Shown here: one piece after another, positions 14,968 to 27,500 of the stretch
Numbering within the stretch: position 1 is the stretch's first letter
Layout of the letters: each line of letters begins with the position of its first letter
Source: the human T2T-CHM13v2.0 reference genome, Homo sapiens
Strand: one strand, 5' to 3'
Assembly (NCBI RefSeq): GCF_009914755.1
Contig: NC_060928.1
DNA length: 64,000 bases
Notes under the pieces: model-generated
What the model saw: only the letters and a program-made list of their open reading frames with translations
What the model was told of the DNA's origin: nothing
Databases searched by the model: none
Position numbers and translations under genes: made by a program

Positions 14968-17522
14968 TACTGAAATTCTGTCTTCCCAACTGCCTATAAG
15001 CCATTGGAGAGCAATGACCCTATTTGTCTGGTTTATTGCTGAATCACTAGTGCCCGGCTCAGGCCTCTAGTGGGTGTGCGACAATATGTGTTGAATGAAT
15101 GAATAAATGAATCGCAAAGCCAGTAGATCCCCACTGGCAGGTGTGAATATGAAATTATAATATAAATTTTATCAGCCACAGTTTGGGCATTATTTAATCT
15201 GTGCTTTTCTAAGTACGTGATGACCAATTAGCAGCAGCTGTAAACAATGGACTGTGTTGTCACTGAGATTTACCTTTATTATATTTAATCTGGCCTGGCA
15301 ATTTCTTCTTACTGATTGTAATAAATTGGGATTGGTATCATGATGTCATTTTAAATGCCTCTATAAGGTCTTTCTTTGACTGCTCGGTGAGAAAAAATAG
15401 CAGGTTCGTCTTCGACAGTGGCACAGGATAATGCATTATTTGTTATCACTGTTCAATCAAAAAGTGCATGAAGGATACACATAATTCATCTAGACAGCAA
15501 TCACCATGGAGTTATGCAGGTCTCTTATGTAGGTGATGAAACAGCCAAATTCCCTGACAGTGGTGAATTATTCCTCATGTCACTAATAGCGATGCCAAAA
15601 GAAGTGTCAAGGCCACAGACATGGAGAATGGGGGGCTCTTCAAACTGCTCTAGTAAAAATTTGATATGTTTTATTGCTTTCTTTTAATCTTGATCATTGA
15701 GGTTTTAAAATAAAATTATAGGAATGCTAAGCCTAGCCAATGGGTAGGGTGATTAGGGTGATTAATTTCTAGCTGGCAATGGTGTTAGGGATGGTGGCTT
15801 CTGTCCAGGCCAAGCCTGGGTTGGGGCCCTATGGCTCCCCATTCTAGCACCATCCCCATGGATCAGCTACTGCTTCAAATCCTAACAAAGGGTGCATGAC
15901 ATATGGGATTTTTCTCCTTTTCATTTATAGTCACATAATTCAGAAAACATATATTCCCTTTTCTGTCACAGTTAAAGTATTGGCCAGATATAATAAATCT
16001 CTGATTTTTAAAAGCCTTGTAGTATGAGAGACATGCTAACATATGAATTTGAAATCTGGTGATTAGAAAGTGTTTTGAATGGCCTTGAGAACTGCAGGTA
16101 AAACATTAAATTGTACTAATATTCTTGTTTAGTTAAACTTTTTAATGTTTTAAAAAGCCCTTCATAATATTATGGATAAGTAAATTCTTGGGCCTGATTT
16201 CAATTTGAGTCGAATTCCAACTAATAATGTTACACCCATAAACCTTCTCCTTAACAGCCCATAACATTAAACTGAAAACAGAATTCTTAAAGGACACTTT
16301 TATGCTGCCTACCCATGAAATAAGCTTTACAGACTTTTGACAGATGTCTTTAATAGACACTGTTATTAAAAAGAATGTTACATAAAATAAATTTAGATTG
16401 TTAGTCTAGCACAATTACTAAAGGAATACTTCTGCATGTTCAGATAATCACATCTACACTTAATTGGAAGAAAAAAAAAACCTGTGGACATTATAATCTT
16501 CGGGTAGCAGTCATCTACTCATCTACCCATCCAGCTCATCATCCTAGATTAGGATTTCTTTGCGTCTTCTCTGCATTATAAGCCCCAATTTTCAGGAAAT
16601 TAAAAGTTGGTCAGGATAAAGAACTCCAGTTAATAAGCATCAGCCTATGAGCGAAGTTCTTATGAAAATCTCCCGGGGGGAAAAGCCAGCTCTTTTTTAG
16701 TTATGGGCGCTGAAAAAAGTTTTGTGGTTTCAGGCACTTTTAAGTTTTATAAGTTGAAAATTGCTTAGACTTTAAGCAGAGAAAAGAAAGTTACAAGTCC
16801 ATAATATGGATTAATGCCTCTGGTATGTTATGAAGACAACACAAAGCTAGTAAGAACAACTAAACTACTTGCGGGGAAATATGCTATATTGTGAAGAATA
16901 TTTCAAAAAACCCCACTGCTTATACCAGCATTGAATTTCAGTTTCTGCCTTCAGGCCTACAATATGAAAAATATTATCCACTACAGTTAATTAGGTAATA
17001 ATGGGGATTTATATGTCATCTTTCATTATAAGCTATTAAACAAAGTCAGAGGGAAATGTCTACTTTTCTGGTCAGTGGTCTGCCCTTTTGGTGGCCAGGT
17101 GTAATGGTGGTAAATCAGAGGCAAATAGCCAATGAGATAGCCCTGATATTGCCATTCCCTGTTAACAGAGGAAGAACATGAAGGAGAGCCTTACCCAAGA
17201 CCATACAGCAAATCAAAGCTGAAGGGAGGCTATATTTGCAATGCGTCAGGCTGTGGCCTCATGCTATTTATTTACTCTGTGTTTGGGCAGTTCTGAGATA
17301 ATGGGATGGATCAGCATTTAAAATAGCTTTGCCACTGGTTGAAGCTTCATGGAAGAGTAGAGAAGAGTGTGTGCTCTAGATCAGACAAACCTTGACTTGA
17401 TCCTTGTTCTGCAACTTACTGGCTAAATGACTTTGGAAGGTTACCTGAACATTGGTTTATTCATTTGCAAAATGAGGCTAAAAAAATATATACCTCATAG
17501 GTAGTTTTAGGGGTTACATAAA

Positions 17523-17950
17523 TGATATTTGTTTGGATATTTGCCCCTCCAAATCTCAGTTTAAAATTTGATCCTCAGTGTTGGAGGTGGGCCTGGTGGG
17601 AGGTGTTTTGGTCATGGGGGCAGATCCCTCATGAAGGGCTTGGTGCCGTGCTTGGGTAATGAGTGAGTTCTTGCTCTATTAGTTTCCCAGGACAACTGAT
17701 TGTTAAAAAGAGCCTGGTACCTCCCCACCCCCTCTCCCACTTTTGCTCTCACATTGTGATTTCTACACAAGCCGGCTCCCCTTTGCCTTCCACCATAAAT
17801 GAGAGCAGCCTGAAGCCCTCATCAGAAGCTGAGCAGATGCTGGTGCTATGCTTCTCGTACAGCCTGCAGAACTGTGAGCCAAACAAACCTCTTTTCTCTA
17901 TAAAATACCCAGCCTTGGTATTCCTTTATAGCAACACAAATGGAAAGACA
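17523..17950 (+). mobile_element. MSTB-like MaLR solo LTR inserted in a MIR
   Basis: TGATAT..GTTTGGATATTTG..CCCCTCCAAATCTCA start; CAGCCTGCAGAACTGTGAGCCAAA; TSD ATAAA/ATAAG. Confidence 0.85.
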
Positions 17951-18273
17951 ATAAGGAGAAAAATTGGCAAGTATCTACCATCAGTACATGTTTGCCATTC
18001 TTTCCCTCCTCCTCCTCCTTCTTCATATTATTCTTCTTCTGGTTCCTAATCTTGCTTCCCAATTATTTGTAAGTTATATTTCAGGTGTAGTATCTAAAAT
18101 GATAGATATACTACTTTTGCGTATGTAAGAAATAGCAGACTATGATCCTTTACTTTTATACATTTTATGAAATCTGGCCATGGAGTTTATAAAGGAGCAA
18201 CAATGAAAAGAGGGCCAAAGTAGAATTCAAAAACTTGGTTCTTGACCCTAGCTCCTCCATTTATCTGAGCATC

Positions 18274-18276
<3 letters not shown>

Positions 18277-18330
<54 letters not shown>

Positions 18331-18332
18331 AT
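18277..18332. repeat. (TG)n microsatellite
   Basis: Directly visible. Confidence 0.97.
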
Positions 18333-18804
18333 GCAAAGTTGAACACTAAATCTTACCTACCTCACACAGTTCCTGTGAGGATTGAATGGAAAGATAGATA
18401 ACGAACCCATTTTGAAAACTGTAAAGCAGTTGGCTTAAATACATTAGAGTATTTTATGATTTTTATTATGCTCAAAGTCACTTACGAAGACTGATTTCTA
18501 GATCCGTATTTTTTTCCTAAAAGTTTATCCTAACTTGGAACAATTGTAATTTATTACTATTTATTAACAGACATGACCTTAGTTTTGACGACAACCCTTG
18601 CTAACAATAAGGAAAAAACGGAGCCCTGGTTTAATAGCACTGTTCAGCTTTTCTCCTTTTTTGAAAAGCTGTGCCCTTACAATTTGTTGCAGCAAGGAGA
18701 AGGGCTGTATTGCTTAATAATGGTTCTACTAAAGTTCACCAAATTGTACTTGGTGTTCTGACATTTATTGCTTACAGAATATGTGTTTTCCACCTGGCCT
18801 TATT

Positions 18805-18806
<2 letters not shown>

Positions 18807-18855
<49 letters not shown>
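18807..18855. repeat. (CA)n microsatellite
   Basis: Directly visible. Confidence 0.97.
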
Positions 18856-18857
<2 letters not shown>

Positions 18858-19373
18858 TTGCTTGGATATCAAAGTGGCCATCCTAGTATGGTTAGAACAA
18901 CCAGAGAAATCAGATTTTTCTGAAACTTCAGGGCTTCAAGAGCTAATCTCAAGTGACAGAGTTATTGAAAAATTTTGACCAAGAGAAGAACCTTACCTTA
19001 GAAAAGCACAAACATTTTGTGTAAATAAGCTGTCTCCTTCCTCTGGCAAGGTTGTTTATGCTTAGTCATTGGAAAGTTTCCGATGAACTTTGGTCAACAT
19101 GGCTCAGTAATTACCAAGACATTGACTACCTACAGCCTGGATCGAAAAGGCAAAGCTTGACCTACTTGTAGCATGGACCCCCAAAAGCATCACTCAAGGT
19201 GATGAGATGCTTTCCTTGGAACGCTCTCTCTTTATTTCATGGCCACACCTAGTATAGCCCCTCTGATTTCAGGTCTGCTCTGCCCCAGGAAGGACCTTGA
19301 GTTGGACAGTAGCAGAGAAACATTATTGAGCTCTCCATGCATTATTCAATGCTGTACAAACTTCCATTTCTTT

Positions 19374-19753
19374 TTTTTTTTTTAGTTGAATATGGTTCTT
19401 TTTTTCTTTTTTTTTTTTTTTACTTTAAGTTCCGGGATACATGTGCAGAACGTGCAGGTTTGTTACATAGGTATACGTGTGCCATGGTGGTTTGCTGCAC
19501 CTGTTAACCCATCATCTAGGTTCCTTCCCCTCACCACCCCCTGACCAACAGGCCCTGGTGTGTGTTGTTCCCCTCCCTGTGGCCATGTGTTTTCATTGTT
19601 CAACTCCCACTTATGAGTGAGAAAATGTGGTATTTGGTTTTCTGTCCCTGTGTCAGTTTGCTGAGGATGATGGTTTTCAGCTTCATCCATGTCCCTGCAA
19701 AGGACATGATCTCATTCTTTTTTATGGCTGCATAGTATTCCATGGTGTATATG
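19374..19753 (-). mobile_element. 5'-truncated L1PA (PA7/PA8-like) 3' end with a short 3' transduction
   Basis: ACTTTAAGTTCCGGGATACATGTGCAGAACGTGCAGG L1PA 3' UTR; 17-bp TSD CAAACTTCCATTTCTTT at 19357 and 19754; two poly-T tracts. Confidence 0.9.
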
Positions 19754-19814
19754 CAAACTTCCATTTCTTTAGCACATTCACTGTCTGCTAGTCTTTAAGG
19801 AAGCACCAAATGCA

Positions 19815-20952
19815 CACTAGGGTGTGATCACCTGCCAGTCATGAAGGTATTGTCTCTGGGCTCCACACCCGCCCTCGTATACTTGGATTTATGATTCTGA
19901 GGTGGAGACTCTACAAACCACGTTTCTCCTCCACCAGCAGGTCCATGGTAGGCTCTGAAAATAGAGGGTATTAGAGGAAGCCTGCAAGGTTGGAAGAGGC
20001 AAAGGGACCACCTCCTTCCTGTTTGCTCCCTCTTGGCTTGATGTGTGCTTGCCATGGCTGTGGGCAGCCCGCAGCTATGCTCCTTCACTGAGAAGCAGCA
20101 TTTCTTTTTCATCTAGCAATGAGTGAACCTAATGTCAATTCTGTCCAACGCTTGCAGGACCAGCTGTGCTGTGTTCCCTTGGTCACTGGCATTTGTTGAG
20201 CAGTGCCTCTTCTCAGAGAGCTGAGTTTTAGGTCTGCAGGGCATCTCCTCCAATCTTCTAGGTTTTAACAATTCCATCCTTTCCCTTCTTCCCCAAGCCT
20301 AATAGTTAAAGCTGCTTCCTGTGGCTGTGACCTCTAGGGTATCTTAATATCTTCTTTTTATACTTTTAGTTACTATATTAGTCACGGTTCTCCAGAGAAA
20401 TAGAACCAATAGGGTTTATGTAGATACGTAAAAAGAGATTTATTATGAGGGATCAGCTCATGCAATCACAGAGGCTGAGAAATCCCCTGAGCGGCCATCT
20501 CTAAGCTGCAGGCCCAGGAGAGTCAGTCTAGTTCAGTCTGAGTCCAAAACCCCAAGAACCAGCAGCACCAATGTCTAAGATCAGGAGAAGACGGATGTCC
20601 CAGCTCCAGCAGAAAGAGTAAATTCACCCTTTCTCCTCCTTTTTGTTCTATTCAGTCCCCTCAATGGATTGGATGCTGGTCACTCACATTGGTAAGGACA
20701 ATCTTCTTTACTCAGTCTACTGATTCAAATGCTAATCTCTTCTGGAAACACCTTCACAGACACACTCAGAAATAATGTTTTACCAGCTATCTGGGCATCC
20801 CTTTGCCTCGTCGAGTTGACACATAAAATTAACCACCACCACAGTTACTTAGTTAACAACGTTTTGCCTAGTTTTGAATTCCTTATACCATATTTCTTTC
20901 TGTTAAAATAACAGGGTTAGTTTCTGCCTTTGGATTGAACCCGACTGATACC
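19815..20952 (+). mobile_element. LTR33-like ERVL LTR split by MLT2
   Basis: GGTGGAGACTCTACAAACCACGTTTCTCC and CCTTCCTGTTTGCTCCC motifs; ends ...CCCGACTGATAC; orientation uncertain. Confidence 0.55.
20374..20843 (-). mobile_element. MLT2B-like ERVL solo LTR
   Basis: TATTAGTC..GGTTCTCCAGAGAAA.AGAACCAATAGG start; GTTGACACATAAAATTAACCA end; 5-bp TSD GTTAC on both sides. Confidence 0.88.
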
Positions 20953-23065
20953 AGCTGACAATCTGGATTCATATGTTAACACTCCCACAACATTTTCTCC
21001 TCTATGAGTAGCTTGCAATCTGTATCTATTGCATTTGTATGTGCTGAAACCAATATTTTTATTTTCGCAAGCCACCCCATACTCACTCTTTGTCCACGTA
21101 GTTTAGGTAGGACTGATTCTACCCCTTACTCCAGGGGTAGACTTGTGACTCAAGTCTAACCAATTAAATAATTGCCTTTCCCAACCATGGGGTTTAGTTT
21201 AGTGGGTGAACATGTTTTCCAGATGTACTGGAAGTCAGTGTCACTTTCTTATGCTTTCAAGTTACGTGAACTAGTAAGATCCCCACTCCACAACACCCCC
21301 CCCCCGTCGAACTTTTTTTTTAAAGCTAGGTTTGAGTTGTATATTTCTCACTGACAAGCTCTTAAACGAAAGGAAAGCAGAGACTTGTTGGAGGTGGGGT
21401 GGCAGCAGGCAATAGTCTGTGGTCTTCAAACCACATCTAGAAAGGAGCTGATGGCAGCAGGTAGGTATGCACCTCACTCGGTCCTCCTCCAGCCTGGAGA
21501 CTAGCTAGACTCTTGGTTGCCCAGTTTCGCACTGGATTGATTCCATGTGACCGCTTGCAGATGAACAGACAAAAGAGCCTTGGGGCTTGATGCTTTGACA
21601 TCCATATTCTGTGAGACCAATGGAACTTTCTAGATGCACATTCTATTTGACAATGTAGCTTAATTACCTTACAAGATGGTGGGGACAAAACTAAAACACC
21701 TTCATGTATTATCTTCTAAATATGGTTATCTGATACTGATATCTAAGTGAAGATAGAGATAGGAAAAGAGTTGGCATTTACTGAATTCCATTATAGATAG
21801 GGATTGGGCTAAGCACCCTTAATTCACAACCAACCTAGGAAATGTATATCATCATCCACTTTTAAAGATGAGAATAACAAGGATGAGAAAGGTTGAGCAA
21901 CCTGTTCAAGGTTATAAGCTAATAGATTCAAATCTAGTTCCTTCTGACATTGAAGTTCATTTTGTCTTTCCACATTAAGAAGGATCAGGGAAGTAAACAG
22001 AAAGTTCAAAGAGAAAAGACAATTACTGAAAACATCTTGCCTTCTACCTTTCTCCTTGTTTTCCACACCCAAAGTCCCCAAACAGAATGTGGCTGGAAAA
22101 CTGTTTTAAAGTATCATTGCAGGCAAGAATCTATCCTGTGTATTGAGGAAAATAAATCCAAAAGCAACAGTGCCCAGAATGTTCAAAAAGTCTTAGGCTA
22201 TTTCGAGTCCAGCCACAAAAATTTAGCCTTATATTTGTAGAATGATTAACTATCATTCATTAGTGTATTTTATACTTCACTGAACTTAGGCAAATTATAT
22301 AAACATTTTATATATAAGCAAAACATGTCAAGTGTCAGGACTCAAAATATGTATTTAATTAAAGAAATACATCTCTTAAAACCAAGGCCCTAAATACATA
22401 TTAAACGATACCCTAATCTGAAGGTAAATGAGATATGCTACCTAACAGATACTCAGTGACCCACACACATGGTAATACCTCCGTTAATGAGGCAAATTCA
22501 TTCTAGCAGCACACTTTAGTGTCAGAAACTTCATTGCCTGATGAAGCAATAACACAGAAGCCATAAGGACCCATCCAAGGAAGACAGAAAAGAGGTTGGT
22601 ACAGTATGACATTATTCAATATTAAACAAAATTACATCAAACAGCGCCAGAAAACAAGTATTTGGAAGTTCTAAGATAGGGATAGATAATTAAAAAGAAG
22701 CTGGAATCAAAGGGCTAACCTGTGACCCTCCAGGGAAGCAGAGAAAAGGTTTGAAAAAGAAGACTATGCGATAGACTAGATTAGACTAGTCTGGATTACA
22801 GCAGAATAAACTCAGCCCTGTTCGATCACCCCCCACAGCCCAGAACAGGCTTTGAAGAGGGAGCTGGGTCTGGCCCAGTCTCTGCAATGACACAGACTAT
22901 CTGGAGAGGAGAGATGGCACCTCTGACTGCCCCCACCCCCCCCCACCCCCACCGGCACCTTTCACAAGAGGCCCCCAAACCCAACAAGGGCAAAATCAGG
23001 GTAGGAGTTACACATATGTAATCTCGTTGTGCTCCATATTGCCCCATCCATTAAGGGTCCTTTAG

Positions 23066-23396
<331 letters not shown>

Positions 23397-25699
23397 TCAT
23401 TAGTCTGTAGAATTAAAGGACCAAGTACTTTTACCTGGCTGGGGTTCCATGTTGACTAAACCTGACTTGGACTAAAGTGTAGGTCATTAATGAATGAGAC
23501 AGTCAGTACATGAAGATGACCCTGATCAGATCCTTGGCTTTCTGGACAGAAGCAAGGATGCTGGGACATGGGTTGACACTGGGCAGCTGAAGGGACAGAG
23601 GAGGCAGCCAGGAATTATGAGACTCAGAAATGAGAGGCTGGGGAAACCCTAAATTTCACTGATTTCTTATTTATACCATAAACCATGCAGGACAAACATG
23701 CTCTATTCACCGAGGTATTTTTGTCCCGTGCAGCTGTGTGGCTTAGCAGGAGCTTTGCTATCGAGCCATATGACTCATGCCAACACTGCTGCATATGATT
23801 TATGAAGACTTAAAGAAAAAGAAAACAGCCAGCTTCATTACGAAGGGGGTTTGTTTTCAGAGGATTTGTTCATCAAGGATCATGGTACCATTTGGTCCTT
23901 TCTTGCTTACTCTCTGAGTGAAACAGTGAGCCTGCCTCAGCCAGCAAGTGGTCAGAGGGCACCCTCCTGCCTCCCTCCTCCTCATTTGCTCTATTTCCAG
24001 CATAAAGAAGGGAACCTCTAGTTTAACAAGAGAACAGATAGCCACAAACAGAGATCTGTGGCTTTCACCTGCCACAGGAGCCTTAGTGACGATGAAACCT
24101 GCCAAACTGACTATCAGAGGTATTGTTTGGGCCTGGAACTGCTTACTTCAAAGTTTGGTCTACAGCCCAAGGCATGGGGAAAATGATTAAAAAGGGGTGA
24201 AGTTTTATTGACACCCAGGCTAGTAGCTTCTGTCAGATTGTCTCCCTGACTCACTGAGTAGGACAACATCTCCAGCTGTTTTTCTGAAATGGTCCACAGG
24301 GAACATTCAACAGCCCTCCCTCCCCGCATCTTCATCCCAGTCTCCCCAGCAGGGGTCAGAAAGGAAGAGGCTGAGATCTTGAACTCTAAATGTTTCTAAC
24401 TCCTTCCCTAGAAACTTCCCAAGCTGGACTTGACTGGTCTAGTCTCTTTTCTGCTCTTCCTCCCTGTTTCAGCCTCACTGTCCAACAAGGCCAAGTTCAC
24501 ATTTATGCCTTGAAAACTGGGAAAATCAGGCCAGTTGATCGCCCAGGGTTGTGGCAGTAACATGTAATGGCTGCTTTGTGATAAAGTAGCTTTGACTAAA
24601 AAAGCAACTTTGGCAATATCCTGTTTATGTGCTTCCAGGAACGCACCGTTACCCACCAATACCCTCACCACAATAGAGTGGAATAAAAGTTCATAAGAAT
24701 TTGTGAATAATAACATACTCATAGGGCCTGCACTTTGAACACTTTCATCTTAAATTTAATTGTGGGAGGCTCAGGATAAACTTTGTGTTCATGTTGTCTA
24801 ACTTGTTAATAAGATACATAGTTTATCTTATCACTAGGAAAGATGAGAACAAAGCAGAGTTGGAAGATTTGCAAAAGGAACTTGAAATGAAAAATTTAAA
24901 AATATTGAACGTATGTGCCATATGCGAACAAGGTTATATTTTAAGCTCAAAAATAAAAATAAAAATTAAAAATTTTGGTGCAGTTTATTTCCCAGCAAAA
25001 GTATTAAATTAAATAGCCCATCTTTTGTTTCATTTTGTTGTAGTTAGTTTGGGTACAGTGCTTCCATGCAGTTTTTGGTTTATTTGTTTAATTTTTGTGT
25101 GGTCCAGCCCCTACCCCCACCAACACACACACAAAAGACCTGAACAATTGGTTACAGGTAGTTGTTTTAATCTTTCCCTCTGGAAGCTTTGAAGATGCTT
25201 CCAGCTGCATCAAAGTGCTTCATTGCTCTGCGCATCTCCGCCCAACTTCAAAGCCTCACTGCAGGAATTCGTAGTGCAGTGTGTACCGTGTAGTTCTAAA
25301 GGAGCTATTACTTTTTATTTATTGTGCAAATTTTTATGGAGATACCCCGGTATCTTTCTTGACACACCACTTAGCTTCAGAGTGGCTCCTTCTAGCTATT
25401 ATTAAGAATTATCTAGGAAAATTATCTAAAGAAATAGGTTAGGGTCAGACAGCCTGAAACTAGTTTAGCTGACTTTATGTCCTTTCAGTGTCTACTCTGC
25501 CACACCCTGCCAAACTAACTCTTCTAGAAGATCTATCAGCAGAGTAGCTGGACAGCTTTCCCTTAGTTGCTGGGAGGAAGCTAATTAGTTTTAAGTTGTG
25601 ATTTTAAAAAAAAGTTTCACCTTTAAAGAAATTATAGGTAAAGGATTCTAAAAGGAACAGGAGTCCTGAGATAGAAGAGCAAATAGATGCTCTTGGTTG

Positions 25700-26157
25700 G
25701 GCTGCCTAGTAGAACTTTGCAATGATGGAAGTAGTCTCTAATTTTGTGCTGTCCAATATGGGAGCCACTGCCACCAGTGGCTACTGAGCAGTTGAAATAT
25801 GGCTAGTGTGACTGTAAGACTGAGTTTTACATTTTATTTAATTTTAATTCATTTAAATTCCCATAAGTGGCTACTATATTGAACAGCCCAGCTCTAGAAA
25901 ACTAACCGTGTATGTGTACGTGTACATGTGTGTTTAGAAAAGCTAGGGCCAGCCTGGGCAACAAGTGAGACCACATGTTTATTTAAAAATTAACTAGGCA
26001 TGGTGGCATGTGCCTGTAGTCCTACGTGCTTGGAAGGCTGAAATGGGAGGATGTCTTGAGCCCGGGAGTTCAAGGCTGTAGTAGCTATGACCATGCCACT
26101 GCATGGTCAACATGTGCAACAGAGTGAGACCCTCTCAAAAAAACAAAAACAAAAAAA
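25700..26157. mobile_element. MER3/MER33-like hAT relic followed by a partial AluJ
   Basis: GTGCTGTCCAATATGG.AGCCACT...GTGGCTACT..ATTGAACAG; Alu right arm at ~25945-26157. Confidence 0.7.
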
Positions 26158-26900
26158 CCTCAAAAAACTAGGACCAAAGTGGGAGGAAAGAGAAGGAAGG
26201 AAAAAGAAGAAAAAATAGTACCTACTCAGAACTTACTGGAAAAATCCTTTTGACCTGTCACCATAATCTCTTCACTCAGGCAATAAGGAGATCCTGCAAT
26301 CAGTCCTAAAGACAGTAGCGTCATCATTTATTTTCTGTAATCATTAGGGCACAAGGCTGCCATGCCCACACACAAGCTGGGCACTTCCCTGCATTCATCC
26401 CTACTGATTGATAGCATTTCAAGTAATCTTGTGCTAGGCAATGGATAAGAGGAAAAGGTAATGAAATTGCCTCCTCATTTACCAACCCAAGCCAATAATG
26501 TGTCATTGTGCGTGGCTGTCAGTTTTATACATCAAGGGTGCCCAATAACAGGTAGGACACCCGCCCTTTTAAAACAACATAAATCAGGAGTTGTACGAGT
26601 AGAGAGGGGTCACCAAGAGGCCACAGGACTCTCAGGCCTGTGCACTGTCTGATTTGGGGCCTTCAACATATTCCCTGAGCTGGCAGAAACACGGGATTCT
26701 GCATACTTTTTGGGAACTCTGAGCTGTGTGAATGCTATGAGCAAGCTCCCGGCTGAAGGAGGAAGGAACCACAGAAAGACTAAGTAGATGTGACTGTCCA
26801 TAAATATGTGATAGAAGATCCTTGCTGGTTTGAAGTTGGTGGGGCGGGGGCTCCAAACACAGGCAGCAGGAAGAAAGCCCTCTGACCCCCAACAACTCAC

Positions 26901-27500
26901 CGGTTTCCCTCTGTTCGTTTTCCTGCTACGTTCTAATTAGGAAACACTGAAGAAATCTTGGAAAGTATAAAGAACCAGACATTAATAAGTTTTTCTCCAT
27001 CCAGGAAAAAAAAAACTTGTTAATTAACCCACATTTCACTTCTATAAAGTTTTTTTTTTTTCTTTTCCTCCTGATGTACGCATCTGGGCACAGCATTTAG
27101 CAAGGTACTGAAATGTTTAACTGCTGCTACCACTGCTGAGGTACTTTCTCGTCAAGAGAGATTTGCCTTTTTCATCATGAATTCTTTTGTTTTTCCCTGT
27201 GGCCAGCTGCTACAAAGATGCAGTCAATTTAGATTAAACAGGCTGAGGAGTGCTATTCAATATGTCACCCAGGCACACTTCTCTAAATACAGTGTGCAGC
27301 AGGTACAGCTTAAAAAGAAAAGTCAGGGGGCTGTTCACAGAGGGGCATGCACTTTGTTTTAAGTCTGGGAACAAGAGACGGATCCTTGGAGTGCAGATGT
27401 GGGTTTTTCCATATTCAGCGCTGGGAGCAGCTCTTGCCCTTTCTTTCTGCCTGTCTTCACCCTCGTCCCGCTCCTCCCCTTCCCCTGCTGCCACTGGTTT
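26901..27500 (-). other. Candidate alternative non-coding first exon (5' end uncertain)
   Basis: Minus-strand donor ACCG|GTGAGT at 26901/26900 in repeat-free unique sequence; no convincing acceptor or CDS. Confidence 0.45.

Noticed and set aside
18277-18855. (TG)n and (CA)n tracts forming an inverted pair ~480 bp apart
   Set aside because: Common microsatellites with unrelated flanks; co-occurrence is plausibly chance.
15200-19010. 14-mer TGTGCTTTTCTAAG on + at ~15200 and on - at ~19000
   Set aside because: The match does not extend, and several 14-mer matches are expected by chance in 64 kb.
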